59,064 nt of DNA from Gammaproteobacteria bacterium (GTDB taxonomy: Bacteria > Pseudomonadota > Gammaproteobacteria > Steroidobacterales > Steroidobacteraceae): positions 1 to 59,064 of the forward strand of contig JAFAKO010000099.1 in NCBI GenBank assembly GCA_019235245.1, written 5' to 3'. Shown piece by piece: positions 44,283-52,896 of the stretch. The position numbers and the translations under genes are program-made. The first letter of the stretch is position 1, and every line of letters begins with the position of its first letter. Below the pieces are notes generated by a model. That model saw only the letters and a program-made list of their open reading frames with translations. It was not told the origin of the DNA and made no database searches.

Positions 44283-46607
44283 ATGGAGGAACCGAGCTCT
44301 GCACCGCCAGCCGAGTCGCCCGCGGCGGCCTTGCGGGCGCCGCCGGACGCGGCTGTGGGTCTGAACGCGCCGTTGCGTCTGCTCGGCCACGCCGTCGTGC
44401 AGCATCCGTGGCGGATTCTCGCGGTGTGGCTGATTGCGGTGCTCCTCGGCGCATGGGGAGCGCACCGGCTGCCACAGGTGACGCTCGGCGTCGAAGGCGG
44501 CGCACCCGGCAGTCCCTCCAAGCGCGCGACCGACGCGCTGCGCGATGACTTCAACAACCCCTTCATCGATCCGCTGGTGGTCGCCGTGAGCGCACCGCAT
44601 CTGCAGGTCGACGCCGCGCCGTACCTCGACTGGGTCAAGGAGACGGGCCGCGTACTAGCGGCGCTGCCCGGGATGCGCGACGTCCGCAGCTTTGCGGATG
44701 ACAAGGACACGCGGCTGCGCTCGCCCGATGGCCACGTGACCACCCTCCTGCTCGGGCTGCGCGCCACCAGCCACGCCGATCGGCAGCAGGCCGTAGTCGC
44801 AGTGCGCGCGAGTCTCACCCCGCGCCGCGCCGCACTGCTGGCGCTCGACTCCGCGGCGCAGGTGGCGGTGACCGGCAATGCCGCCGCCGACTTCGATGTG
44901 AACACCTGGAGTGCGCGCGGCGGAGATCGCGCTGAGAAACAGGCGCTGCCACTCACACTCGCGATCCTGCTGGTCGCCTTCGGCACGCTGGTCGCCGCAG
45001 GGCTGCCGTTCCTCACCGGCATCGCGACCACCACCGTCTCGCTCGGCAGCGCCTTCCTGCTGGCGGAGGTGATGCCGGTCTCGAACCTCCTCGGCAACGT
45101 CGTCACCATGATCGGGCTCGCGATCGGTATCGACTACTCGCTCCTCATGGTGACCTACTACCGTGAGCACGCCGAGTCGGCACCGGTTGCCGAGAGCGTC
45201 GTGGCAGCGGTCGCCCGCGGCGGGCGCACCATCGCCTGGTCCGGGGTGACCGTGATCATCGGACTCCTCGGCCTCCTGCTGAGCCCGCTCCTCGAGACCC
45301 GCACCGTCGGCATCGGTGGCGCGCTCGTCGTCTGTGTCTCGGTGCTCGCCGCGCTCACACTGCTGCCGGCAGCACTGACGCTGCTCGGGAGCCGCCTCGA
45401 GTGGCTGCCGGTCATTCCGCGGCACCGCGGCCGGCCGCGTCTGCTCGCCTTCTGGCGGCGGCTCGGCAGCTGGATCGTGCGCCATCCGTACATCACGCTG
45501 CTGCTGGCCGGTGGTGTGGTGCTCGCGCTGGCATCGCCACTGCTGCGGATCCGGACGAGCTTCGCCAACCAGCGCTGGTTCCTCCCGCCCGGCATGGAAT
45601 CGCGCCTGGGCGCGGACCTGGTCACGGCGGTGCGCGGCGACAACGCGGCGAACGCGATTTATCTCCTGGTACGGAGCGAGGACGGGCGGCCGGTCCTCGA
45701 TCCGGCGCATCTGCAGTCACTCTTCGACTACTCGGCATCGCTCGAGCGTGATGCGCGGGTCGGTGCCGTGAGCTCGCCGGTCAACCTGCAGGCCGGACTC
45801 GAGCCTGACGACTACCGCACGCTCTATGCGGACCCCGAGCAGGCGCTGAAGGACTACCCGGAGATCGGCCAGCTGTTCGTCAGCCGCGATCGGCGTGCAG
45901 CGCTCTTCGAGGTCACGCCCGCCGACCGCGCGAGTGCCGCGGACGTCCTGCATCTCTCGCGCGAGCTGCAGACTCGCGCGCCTGCCGGTGCGTTCAGCGT
46001 GCTGGTGACCGGCGCCGCGGCCGGCTACGACGACTTCAACAACGAGATGCTGCATAGCCTGCCGCGTATCTTCGCCTTCGTCGTCGGCGCAACACTGCTG
46101 ATGCTGTTCACCGCTTTCCGCTCCTTCCTGCTGCCGGTGAAGGCCGTGCTCATGAACCTGCTGGCCGTGGCCGCGGGTATGGGGGCGGTGGTGGCGATAT
46201 TTCAGCTCGGGTGGCTGAACGGTCTCATCGGGCTCGAGCACCCGGTCGCCTCCATACCGCTGGAGATACCGCTGATGGTGTTCTGCATGAGCTTCGGGCT
46301 GTCGATGGACTACGAGCTGTTCCTGCTGTTTCGCATCCAGCAGGAGTTCTACCGCGACGCAGACAACAATCGCGCCACGGTCGAGGGTCTCGCCAGCGTC
46401 GCACCCGTGATCACCGGCGCCGGGCTTATCATGGTGGTGGTGTTCGGGGCGTTCGTCGGCGCGGCGCTGCCGGTGCTCAAGATGATCGGCGTCGGCCTGT
46501 GCGTCGCCGTGCTGGTGGATGCGACCGTGGTGCGGGCACTGATCGTGCCCGCCGTGATGGCGCTCGCCGGCCGCTGGAACTGGTACCCGGGAAGGCGGCC
46601 GGTGTAG
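44283..46607 (+). CDS. MMPL-family (RND superfamily) membrane transporter
   Basis: 774 aa. Two blocks of hydrophobic segments are separated by soluble loops. GIDYSLLMV and GLSMDYELFLLFRIQQE motifs are typical of the MMPL family. Confidence 0.85.
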   Translation: MEEPSSAPPAESPAAALRAPPDAAVGLNAPLRLLGHAVVQHPWRILAVWLIAVLLGAWGAHRLPQVTLGVEGGAPGSPSKRATDALRDDFNNPFIDPLVVAVSAPHLQVDAAPYLDWVKETGRVLAALPGMRDVRSFADDKDTRLRSPDGHVTTLLLGLRATSHADRQQAVVAVRASLTPRRAALLALDSAAQVAVTGNAAADFDVNTWSARGGDRAEKQALPLTLAILLVAFGTLVAAGLPFLTGIATTTVSLGSAFLLAEVMPVSNLLGNVVTMIGLAIGIDYSLLMVTYYREHAESAPVAESVVAAVARGGRTIAWSGVTVIIGLLGLLLSPLLETRTVGIGGALVVCVSVLAALTLLPAALTLLGSRLEWLPVIPRHRGRPRLLAFWRRLGSWIVRHPYITLLLAGGVVLALASPLLRIRTSFANQRWFLPPGMESRLGADLVTAVRGDNAANAIYLLVRSEDGRPVLDPAHLQSLFDYSASLERDARVGAVSSPVNLQAGLEPDDYRTLYADPEQALKDYPEIGQLFVSRDRRAALFEVTPADRASAADVLHLSRELQTRAPAGAFSVLVTGAAAGYDDFNNEMLHSLPRIFAFVVGATLLMLFTAFRSFLLPVKAVLMNLLAVAAGMGAVVAIFQLGWLNGLIGLEHPVASIPLEIPLMVFCMSFGLSMDYELFLLFRIQQEFYRDADNNRATVEGLASVAPVITGAGLIMVVVFGAFVGAALPVLKMIGVGLCVAVLVDATVVRALIVPAVMALAGRWNWYPGRRPV

Positions 46608-46621
46608 CGGCGGAGGATTCG

Positions 46622-47425
46622 ATGGCAGCGGTGCGCGCGGCGGCGGTGGCTGGAATGTTCTACCCGCAGTCCCCGGCGGAGCTCGGCGCCCAGGTTCGTG
46701 CCTGCCTCGGGTCTGTGGCGCCGCCGACCGAGAACGCGGCGCGCGCCAAGGCACTCATCGTGCCACATGCGGGGTACGTGTATTCGGGCCCGATTGCCGC
46801 CAGCGGCTACCGTCGCCTGGCCGAATGGCAGGCAGACGTTCAGCGCGTGGTGTTGCTCGGTCCCTCGCACCGCGTGCCGCTCGCCGGGCTCGCGGCTCCC
46901 AGCGTCGACGCATTCGCCACCCCGCTCGGTGAGGTCGAGCTGGACCGCGGCGCGCTGGCGCGCGCGCTGGCCCTGCCGCAGGTCACCGAGAGCGACGCCG
47001 CCCATGCACGCGAGCACTCGCTCGAGGTACAGCTGCCCTTTCTGCAGGCGCTGCTGCCGAGCTTCCGTCTCGTCCCCTTCGCCGTAGGCGATGCGACCCC
47101 CGCGCAGGTGGCGGAAGTGATCGAGCTGCTGTGGGATGGACCCGAGACTCTCATCGTCATAAGTTCGGACCTCTCCCACTACCACCGCTACGAGGAGGCG
47201 CGCACGATCGACCGGTCGAGCGCCAAGAGCGTGCTGGCACTATCACCCACCCTAGGCTACGAGCAGGCCTGCGGAGCGGTGCCGATCAACGGGCTTCTCA
47301 CCGTCGCGCGGCATCACCGGATGAAGGTCGAGATGCTCGATCTGCGCAGCTCCGGCGATACCGCCGGCGATCGGCTGCGCGTAGTCGGCTACGGCTCCTT
47401 CGCATTCAGCGAGGCACCCGCGTGA
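46622..47425 (+). CDS. amrB: AmmeMemoRadiSam system protein B (MEMO1-like)
   Basis: GGAGGA RBS; ATG 46622 lies 14 nt after the MMPL stop. AVAGMFYP, IVPHAGYVYSG, EHSLEVQLPFLQ and SSDLSHY motifs are characteristic of the Memo family. Confidence 0.85.
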   Translation: MAAVRAAAVAGMFYPQSPAELGAQVRACLGSVAPPTENAARAKALIVPHAGYVYSGPIAASGYRRLAEWQADVQRVVLLGPSHRVPLAGLAAPSVDAFATPLGEVELDRGALARALALPQVTESDAAHAREHSLEVQLPFLQALLPSFRLVPFAVGDATPAQVAEVIELLWDGPETLIVISSDLSHYHRYEEARTIDRSSAKSVLALSPTLGYEQACGAVPINGLLTVARHHRMKVEMLDLRSSGDTAGDRLRVVGYGSFAFSEAPA

Positions 47426-47997
47426 TCGACCTCGACCTCGGGCGCGCGGTGCTCACTCTCGCCCGCTCGGCCATCGCCGAGCAGCTGGGCATCGGACGGC
47501 TCGAGGCCATGAGCCATGCGACACTCGAGCAGCCTTCCTCGACGTTCGTGACCTTGCGGCAGGCCGGTCAGCTGCGCGGCTGTGTCGGCTCGTTGCACCG
47601 TCTGCGGACGCTGCGCGATGACGTGCGCGCCAATGCCGTCGCGGCGGCCTTCCGCGACCCGCGCTTTGGCCCGCTCGAGGCGAGCGAGCTGCCGCAGACC
47701 TCGGTCGAGGTGTCACTGCTCTCGGTGAACGAGCCGATCGAGGCAGCCTCCGAGGATGAGCTGATCAGCCGTCTGCGCCCGGGGCTCGATGGGGTGACGC
47801 TCGAGTACGGCGGCCACCGCGCCACGCTTCTCCCGCAGGTGTGGCACCAGCTGCCCGAGGCGCGCGACTTTCTCGCCGCCTTGAAGATCAAGGCCGGGCT
47901 TGCGGAGGATTTCTGGAGCAGCGGCGTGAGGGTGAGCCGCTACGGAGTCGTGACCTGGAAGGAGCCCGACCCCTTGAAGCCCGAATCCAGCCACTGA
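47422..47997 (+). CDS. amrA: AmmeMemoRadiSam system protein A (AMMECR1 domain)
   Basis: GTG overlaps the amrB stop (GTGA). LRGCVGS core motif and DPRF are typical of AMMECR1. Confidence 0.85.
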   Translation: MIDLDLGRAVLTLARSAIAEQLGIGRLEAMSHATLEQPSSTFVTLRQAGQLRGCVGSLHRLRTLRDDVRANAVAAAFRDPRFGPLEASELPQTSVEVSLLSVNEPIEAASEDELISRLRPGLDGVTLEYGGHRATLLPQVWHQLPEARDFLAALKIKAGLAEDFWSSGVRVSRYGVVTWKEPDPLKPESSH

Positions 47998-48000
47998 CCG

Positions 48001-49113
48001 CTAGCGCTCGGTGAGCCGCACGGCGACGCGACGCGCGCCCCACTTGCCCGGAGCTCCCGCAAACCTGCCGGAAATCTGCGTGCCGCACCGATCGCAGGCG
48101 CCCGAATTGGTGAGTTTCCAGCTGAGCAGCTGATACCAGTCGCGCTCGATGACACACGCGCCGCAGCCCGGGCAATGAGTGCTGCCGCCCGCGACGTCGT
48201 GCACGTTACCCGTGTAGACGAAATGCAGGCCGTTGGCGAGCGCGATGCGCCGTGCGCCTGTGAGCGTCGCCGGCGGCGTCCGCGGCCTGTCGAGCATCTT
48301 CCAGTCCGGGTGGAACGCGGTGAAATGCAACGGCACGTCCGGCCCGAGCTTTGCCGCGATCCATTGGGTCATCCGGTCGATCTCGGGATCGCTGTCGTTC
48401 TCTCCCGGGATGAGGAGCGTCGTGATCTCGAACCATACGCGCGTCTCGTGCCTGAGGTACTCGAGCGTCTCGAGCACCGGCGCGAGCTCGCCCCCGCAGA
48501 CCTTATAGTAGAAGCGCTCGGTGAAGGCCTTCAGATCGACGTTCGCGGCATCCATGTGCCGGTAGAACTCGCGGCGCGGCGCCTCGCACATGTAGCCGGC
48601 CGTCACCGCGACGCTGCGGACTCCCGCGGCGCGGCAGGCCTCTGCGGTATCGATCGCGTACTCCATGAAAACGACCGGGTCGTTGTAGGTGAAGGCGATA
48701 CTGGCACAGCCCAGCCGGCGCGCCGCCGCAGCGAGTGCCTCGGGGCTGGCGCTGTCGGCGAGCGTGTCCATTTCGCGCGACTTGGACATGTCCCAGTTCT
48801 GACAGAACTTGCAGGCGAGATTGCAGCCGGCGGTGCCGAAGGACAGCACACTGGTGCCCGGCAGAAAATGATTGAGCGGTTTCTTCTCGATCGGATCGAC
48901 ACAGAAGCCGCTCGAGCGGCCGTAGCTGAAGAGCTTGATCGCGCCGTCTGCGGCGCCCCGCACGAAGCAGAGCCCGCGCTGGCCGTCGCGCAGCTTGCAG
49001 GCCCGCGGGCACACATCGCACTGCACCCGCCCGTCTTCGAGCGTGTGCCAGTAGCGGGTCTCCATGACGGAGGGATCTGCGACGCTGCGCACGGACGTCG
49101 CCGGCGTGTCCAT
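48001..49113 (-). CDS. amrS: AmmeMemoRadiSam system radical SAM enzyme
   Basis: N-terminal Cys cluster CDVCPRAC and radical SAM CNLACKFCQNW (CxxxCxxC). ATG 49113 preferred over GTG 49128. Its stop lies 3 nt from the amrA stop on the opposite strand. Confidence 0.9.
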   Translation of the reverse strand: MDTPATSVRSVADPSVMETRYWHTLEDGRVQCDVCPRACKLRDGQRGLCFVRGAADGAIKLFSYGRSSGFCVDPIEKKPLNHFLPGTSVLSFGTAGCNLACKFCQNWDMSKSREMDTLADSASPEALAAAARRLGCASIAFTYNDPVVFMEYAIDTAEACRAAGVRSVAVTAGYMCEAPRREFYRHMDAANVDLKAFTERFYYKVCGGELAPVLETLEYLRHETRVWFEITTLLIPGENDSDPEIDRMTQWIAAKLGPDVPLHFTAFHPDWKMLDRPRTPPATLTGARRIALANGLHFVYTGNVHDVAGGSTHCPGCGACVIERDWYQLLSWKLTNSGACDRCGTQISGRFAGAPGKWGARRVAVRLTER

Positions 49114-49187
49114 GGCGCGATTATGCACCCGCCGCCAGGCGAGCGTTCATGGCACACTCGCGCACCTTACGAGGAGTTAACTCCAGC

Positions 49188-49652
49188 ATGCCCCTCGTTA
49201 GTGCCGGACTGCTTCTCTATCGTCGCCGCGGGTCGGTTGTGGAGGTGTTTCTCGTGCACCCGGGTGGGCCGTTGTGGGCGAGGAAGGACGATGGCGCCTG
49301 GTCGGTGCCGAAGGGCCTCGTGAATGCCGGGGAGGAGGAGCTCGCCTGCGCGCGGCGCGAATTCCGGGAAGAGACCGGCTTCGAGGCGCCGCCTCAGGGC
49401 ACCGAGCTCGACCTTGGGATCCACCGCCAGCCGAGCGGCAAGCGGCTCCACGTGTGGGCGATGGAAGGCGACTGCGACGCCAGCCGGCTGAGCAGCAACC
49501 TCTTCGAGATGGAGTGGCCACCGAGATCCGGGCGCACCGCGCGCTTTCCCGAAGTCGACCGCGGCGAGTGGTTCGATCGCGCGCAGGCGCTCACCAAGGT
49601 CGCTGCCGGGCAGCGACCGGTCATCGAGCGGCTCTACGAGGAGCTGGGCTGA
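49188..49652 (+). CDS. NUDIX hydrolase
   Basis: GAGGAG RBS. Nudix box GLVNAGEEELACARREFREETGF. Confidence 0.85.
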   Translation: MPLVSAGLLLYRRRGSVVEVFLVHPGGPLWARKDDGAWSVPKGLVNAGEEELACARREFREETGFEAPPQGTELDLGIHRQPSGKRLHVWAMEGDCDASRLSSNLFEMEWPPRSGRTARFPEVDRGEWFDRAQALTKVAAGQRPVIERLYEELG

Positions 49653-49678
49653 GGGTGTGCGCAGAGTTCGTTTGGCGA

Positions 49679-49702
49679 ATACTTAGCTGATTGACTAAGT
49701 AT
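49679..49702. terminator. AT-rich perfect inverted repeat between convergent NUDIX and trxC genes (hairpin or protein-binding palindrome)
   Basis: ATACTTAG (49679-49686), an 8-nt loop, then CTAAGTAT (49695-49702). It is unusually AT-rich for this DNA. Confidence 0.4.
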
Positions 49703-49736
49703 CGCGGTAACGTCTGATAATCGCCGCTCCCGGCGT

Positions 49737-50174
49737 CTACGCGGCGTGTTGGCGCACCCAGCGCACGATGTCGGTTTTGGAAAGCGCACCCGACTGACGT
49801 GCGACCTCCCGCCCTCCCCTGAACAACGCCAGGGTTGGAATGCTGCGGATCTGGAACTCGGTCGCGATGGCAGTCTCTACATCCGTGTTGACCTTCGCGA
49901 GACGCACGCTGGGCTCGAGCTCTGCGGCGGCCGCGTCGTACTGCGGGGCCATCATCTGGCAGGGACCGCACCATGGCGCCCAGAAATCCACCACGACGGG
50001 GACATCGCTGTGCCCCACCTGCCGGCGGAAGCTCGAGGTGCTGAGCTCGAGCGGATGGCCGGTAAAGAGCGCCTGGTGGCAGTGGCCGCACCGTGGCGTC
50101 TCGCCGAGCCGCGCGGCGGTCACGCGGTTGATCTTCTCGCAGTGAGGACAGACGACGTGCAATGCATCGCTCAT
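49737..50174 (-). CDS. trxC: thioredoxin 2 (zinc-finger N-terminal extension)
   Basis: N-terminal CPHC..CGHC zinc-binding pairs plus the WAPWCGPC active site. Confidence 0.9.
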   Translation of the reverse strand: MSDALHVVCPHCEKINRVTAARLGETPRCGHCHQALFTGHPLELSTSSFRRQVGHSDVPVVVDFWAPWCGPCQMMAPQYDAAAAELEPSVRLAKVNTDVETAIATEFQIRSIPTLALFRGGREVARQSGALSKTDIVRWVRQHAA

Positions 50175-50254
50175 GCACGCGGTATAGGGGGCCGATGGGG
50201 AATTTCAAGGCCCGGACGCGCTACCGCAGACGCCCTCCGCCTAACGGCGCTCGC

Positions 50255-50932
50255 CTAGACCCCTGCGCTCCGCGGCAGCTCCTCGGAGAGGCTGCGCAAA
50301 TCGGGCACGACGAGATCGGCCGACAGCTCCCAGGGATCGAACACCCGGCGCGGATCGCGCCGTAGCCACGCGGTCCTGATGCCGCAGGCCTTTGCACCAA
50401 TCACGTCGAAAGGATTGGCGGACACCAGCCAGGAACCCTCCGCGGCCCCGCCGCTGCAGTCCCGCAGAAGGCCATACACCGCGGGGTCGGGCTTGAAGCT
50501 CCTCACCCGCTCGGCGCTCAAAACTGTCCCGATGTGCTCGCCGATGCCGGCGTTCTGGAGCAGCGAGCGCACGGAACGCTCGGTGCCGTTGGTGAGCGCC
50601 ACGAGCCTCGCCCCCGAGCGCTGCAGTTGCCGCAGTCCCTCCGGCACGTCCTCAAACGCCGGCAGGCGCAGGTATGCCTCGAGCAGGGCACGCTCCGCTG
50701 CCTCGTCCATGCTGACGCCGAGGGAGCGTTGAACGTACGTCAGCGCCTGGCGTGTGCAGGTGTCGAAATCCTCGTAGCGGCGCATCAGCCCGCGCCGGAA
50801 GGTGTATTCGAGCTGCTTCGCGCGCCAGAGCTCCGCGGCAGACTGCGCGAGATCACCGAACATCCTGCGAAGCTCACCCGCGATCCCCGCGGTGTCGACG
50901 AGCGTGCCGTACACATCGAGCGCAATCACCAC
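50255..50932 (-). CDS. haloacid dehalogenase type II-like HAD hydrolase
   Basis: The GTG start lies 7 nt after the upstream stop. The nucleophile motif LDVYGTLVD is typical of type II HAD dehalogenases. Confidence 0.8.
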   Translation of the reverse strand: MVIALDVYGTLVDTAGIAGELRRMFGDLAQSAAELWRAKQLEYTFRRGLMRRYEDFDTCTRQALTYVQRSLGVSMDEAAERALLEAYLRLPAFEDVPEGLRQLQRSGARLVALTNGTERSVRSLLQNAGIGEHIGTVLSAERVRSFKPDPAVYGLLRDCSGGAAEGSWLVSANPFDVIGAKACGIRTAWLRRDPRRVFDPWELSADLVVPDLRSLSEELPRSAGV

Positions 50933-50939
50933 GGGCGCC

Positions 50940-51398
50940 TCACTGTGGAATCGCGAGCTGCCCCGACTTGGAGAAGGGGATCGGCGGCAGCCAGGCGATG
51001 TCCGGATTCACGCTGCCCGAGAGGCGATAGCTCGGCATATCGCCGCCGCGGAACAGACGCATGGCGAGGTTGGGTATGCTGGAGGCGAGATCGGTGGTGA
51101 CGATCAGGTCGAAGTCGCTCTCGCCGTGCGCCGGAACGTTGAAAGGCGCGCTGCTCTCGCCGCGACCCACCTCGACCCCCTCGATCTGCAGCGCGCAATT
51201 GACCGACTTGATCGGCAATGCGCGGTCGTTCGGGTTCTGCACGTGCAGACCGACCTTGAAGCGTTGCTCCATGACCTGGGCATCGACGAGCTCGACGGAG
51301 GTCGGCGTGATGTCGGGTGCCTGCAGGCGCGTGACCGCACAGGCGCCGAGCAGCATGACGGGTACGACCCACGCCAGGTGTCGCAGCGGCCGCCGCAT
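50940..51398 (-). CDS. LEA type 2 (water stress/hypersensitive response domain) lipoprotein
   Basis: ATG 51398 shares 1 nt with the pirin stop. Lipobox VMLLGAC. The beta-rich LEA_2-like body is assigned from memory. Confidence 0.65.
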   Translation of the reverse strand: MRRPLRHLAWVVPVMLLGACAVTRLQAPDITPTSVELVDAQVMEQRFKVGLHVQNPNDRALPIKSVNCALQIEGVEVGRGESSAPFNVPAHGESDFDLIVTTDLASSIPNLAMRLFRGGDMPSYRLSGSVNPDIAWLPPIPFSKSGQLAIPQ

Positions 51399-52285
51399 CA
51401 GGACATGGCCCCGGCGCTCGGATGCGTTCCCTCGGGAAGCGGAATGAACTCGGCGGCGTCGCTGTCCGGAAGCTTCATCCGGCCCGCGCGCCAGTCGGCC
51501 TTCGCCTGCTCGATGCGTCCCTTGGAGGAGGATACGAAGTTCCACTCGATGTAGCGTTCACCGACCGGCTCACCGCCGAGCAGCATGAGGACGCTCGGGG
51601 TGCGCGCCTCCACCACTGCCGGCGCACCTGGCCCGAACACCATCATGTGACCCGCCGCGACCGCCTGCCCCTCCGCGCTTACGGCGCCGGATACCAGATA
51701 CGCGCCTCGCTCGGGGTATTCGCGCGGCAGCGCCACACGTGCTCCGGCCGCGAGCGCGACGTGCACATAGAAAAGCGGCGAGAGTGTCTTCACCGCCGCG
51801 CGCTGGCCGAAGGCCTCGCCCGCCAGCACCCGCAGCCACGCACCGCCCTCTTGCTGCACCGGCTGGTCCGCTTCAGGGTGGTGGGCGAACACCGGCTCGG
51901 TCTCCTCCTGCGCATCGGGCAGCGCCACCCAGGACTGTATTCCATGCATCGGTCCGCCCTCGCGCCGCGCACGCTCGAAGCGCTCCGAATGGGTGATGCC
52001 GCGCCCGGCGGTCATCCAGTTCACTTCACCGGGGCGAATGGGCTGCTGCGAGCCGAGCGAGTCACGATGCATGATCTCGCCCGCGAACAGGTAGGTCACC
52101 GTCGCGAGCCCGATGTGCGGGTGGGGCCTGACGTCCGCATCGCGCGGCAGGCCCGCCGCGAGGTTCACCGGGCCCATGTGGTCGAAGAATATGAACGGCC
52201 CCACCATGTGACGCAGCGGGCTCGGCAGGACGCGGCCGACCTCGAAACGTCCGAGGTTGCGTCGCCGCTGATCGATCAATAGCAT
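51398..52285 (-). CDS. pirin family protein
   Basis: Cupin metal motif PHPHIGLATVTYLF..G and GITHSE; 295 aa. Confidence 0.9.
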   Translation of the reverse strand: MLLIDQRRRNLGRFEVGRVLPSPLRHMVGPFIFFDHMGPVNLAAGLPRDADVRPHPHIGLATVTYLFAGEIMHRDSLGSQQPIRPGEVNWMTAGRGITHSERFERARREGGPMHGIQSWVALPDAQEETEPVFAHHPEADQPVQQEGGAWLRVLAGEAFGQRAAVKTLSPLFYVHVALAAGARVALPREYPERGAYLVSGAVSAEGQAVAAGHMMVFGPGAPAVVEARTPSVLMLLGGEPVGERYIEWNFVSSSKGRIEQAKADWRAGRMKLPDSDAAEFIPLPEGTHPSAGAMS

Positions 52286-52297
52286 GCCCGGACTGCC

Positions 52298-52774
52298 CTA
52301 ACTCGACGCCCGATCCGGCTGACCCTCCGGCGCACCGCGCTGGAGAACGTCCGGCAGCGGCTGTCCCTCGTCCGTGAAGGACAGGGACACCGAGTTCAGG
52401 CAGTGCCGCTCGCCGGTCGGTGGCGGCCCATCGGGAAACACGTGGCCCAGGTGGCTGCCGCAGCGCGCACACACTTCCTCGACCCGGATCATTCCGTAGC
52501 TCGTGTCGCGCAGCCGGCGGATGTGCGTCTCGTCGTAGGGCTTGAAGAAGCTCGGCCAACCAGTACCCGAATCGAATTTCGCGCTCGAGCGAAACAGCGG
52601 CAGACCACAGAAGCGGCAGGTGTAGATGCCTTCGCGGTGATTATCGAGAAATACCCCGCAGAACGCCGCCTCGGTGCCGTGCTCGAGGAGCACACGGCGC
52701 TCGTCCGGGGTCAGCCCCGCGGTGATCTTCGCCCGCTGCGCATCGCTCGGCGGTCGCAGGTCGAACTTGCTCAT
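52298..52774 (-). CDS. msrB: peptide-methionine (R)-S-oxide reductase
   Basis: Zn Cys pairs (CRFC, CARC) and the GWPSF and RCGSHLGHVF..P.....RHC active-site region. Confidence 0.9.
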   Translation of the reverse strand: MSKFDLRPPSDAQRAKITAGLTPDERRVLLEHGTEAAFCGVFLDNHREGIYTCRFCGLPLFRSSAKFDSGTGWPSFFKPYDETHIRRLRDTSYGMIRVEEVCARCGSHLGHVFPDGPPPTGERHCLNSVSLSFTDEGQPLPDVLQRGAPEGQPDRASS

Positions 52775-52896
52775 CACACTCCTCGCTGCTCGCAGATCCC
52801 GAGGCCGGAGGTGTGATTGTAGAGCGGATTGCCCGCAGGCGGGTGACTTCGCCTCGGTCTGCGCTGCCGCAATCGTCGTGGGCGTGCGGCGCGGCG

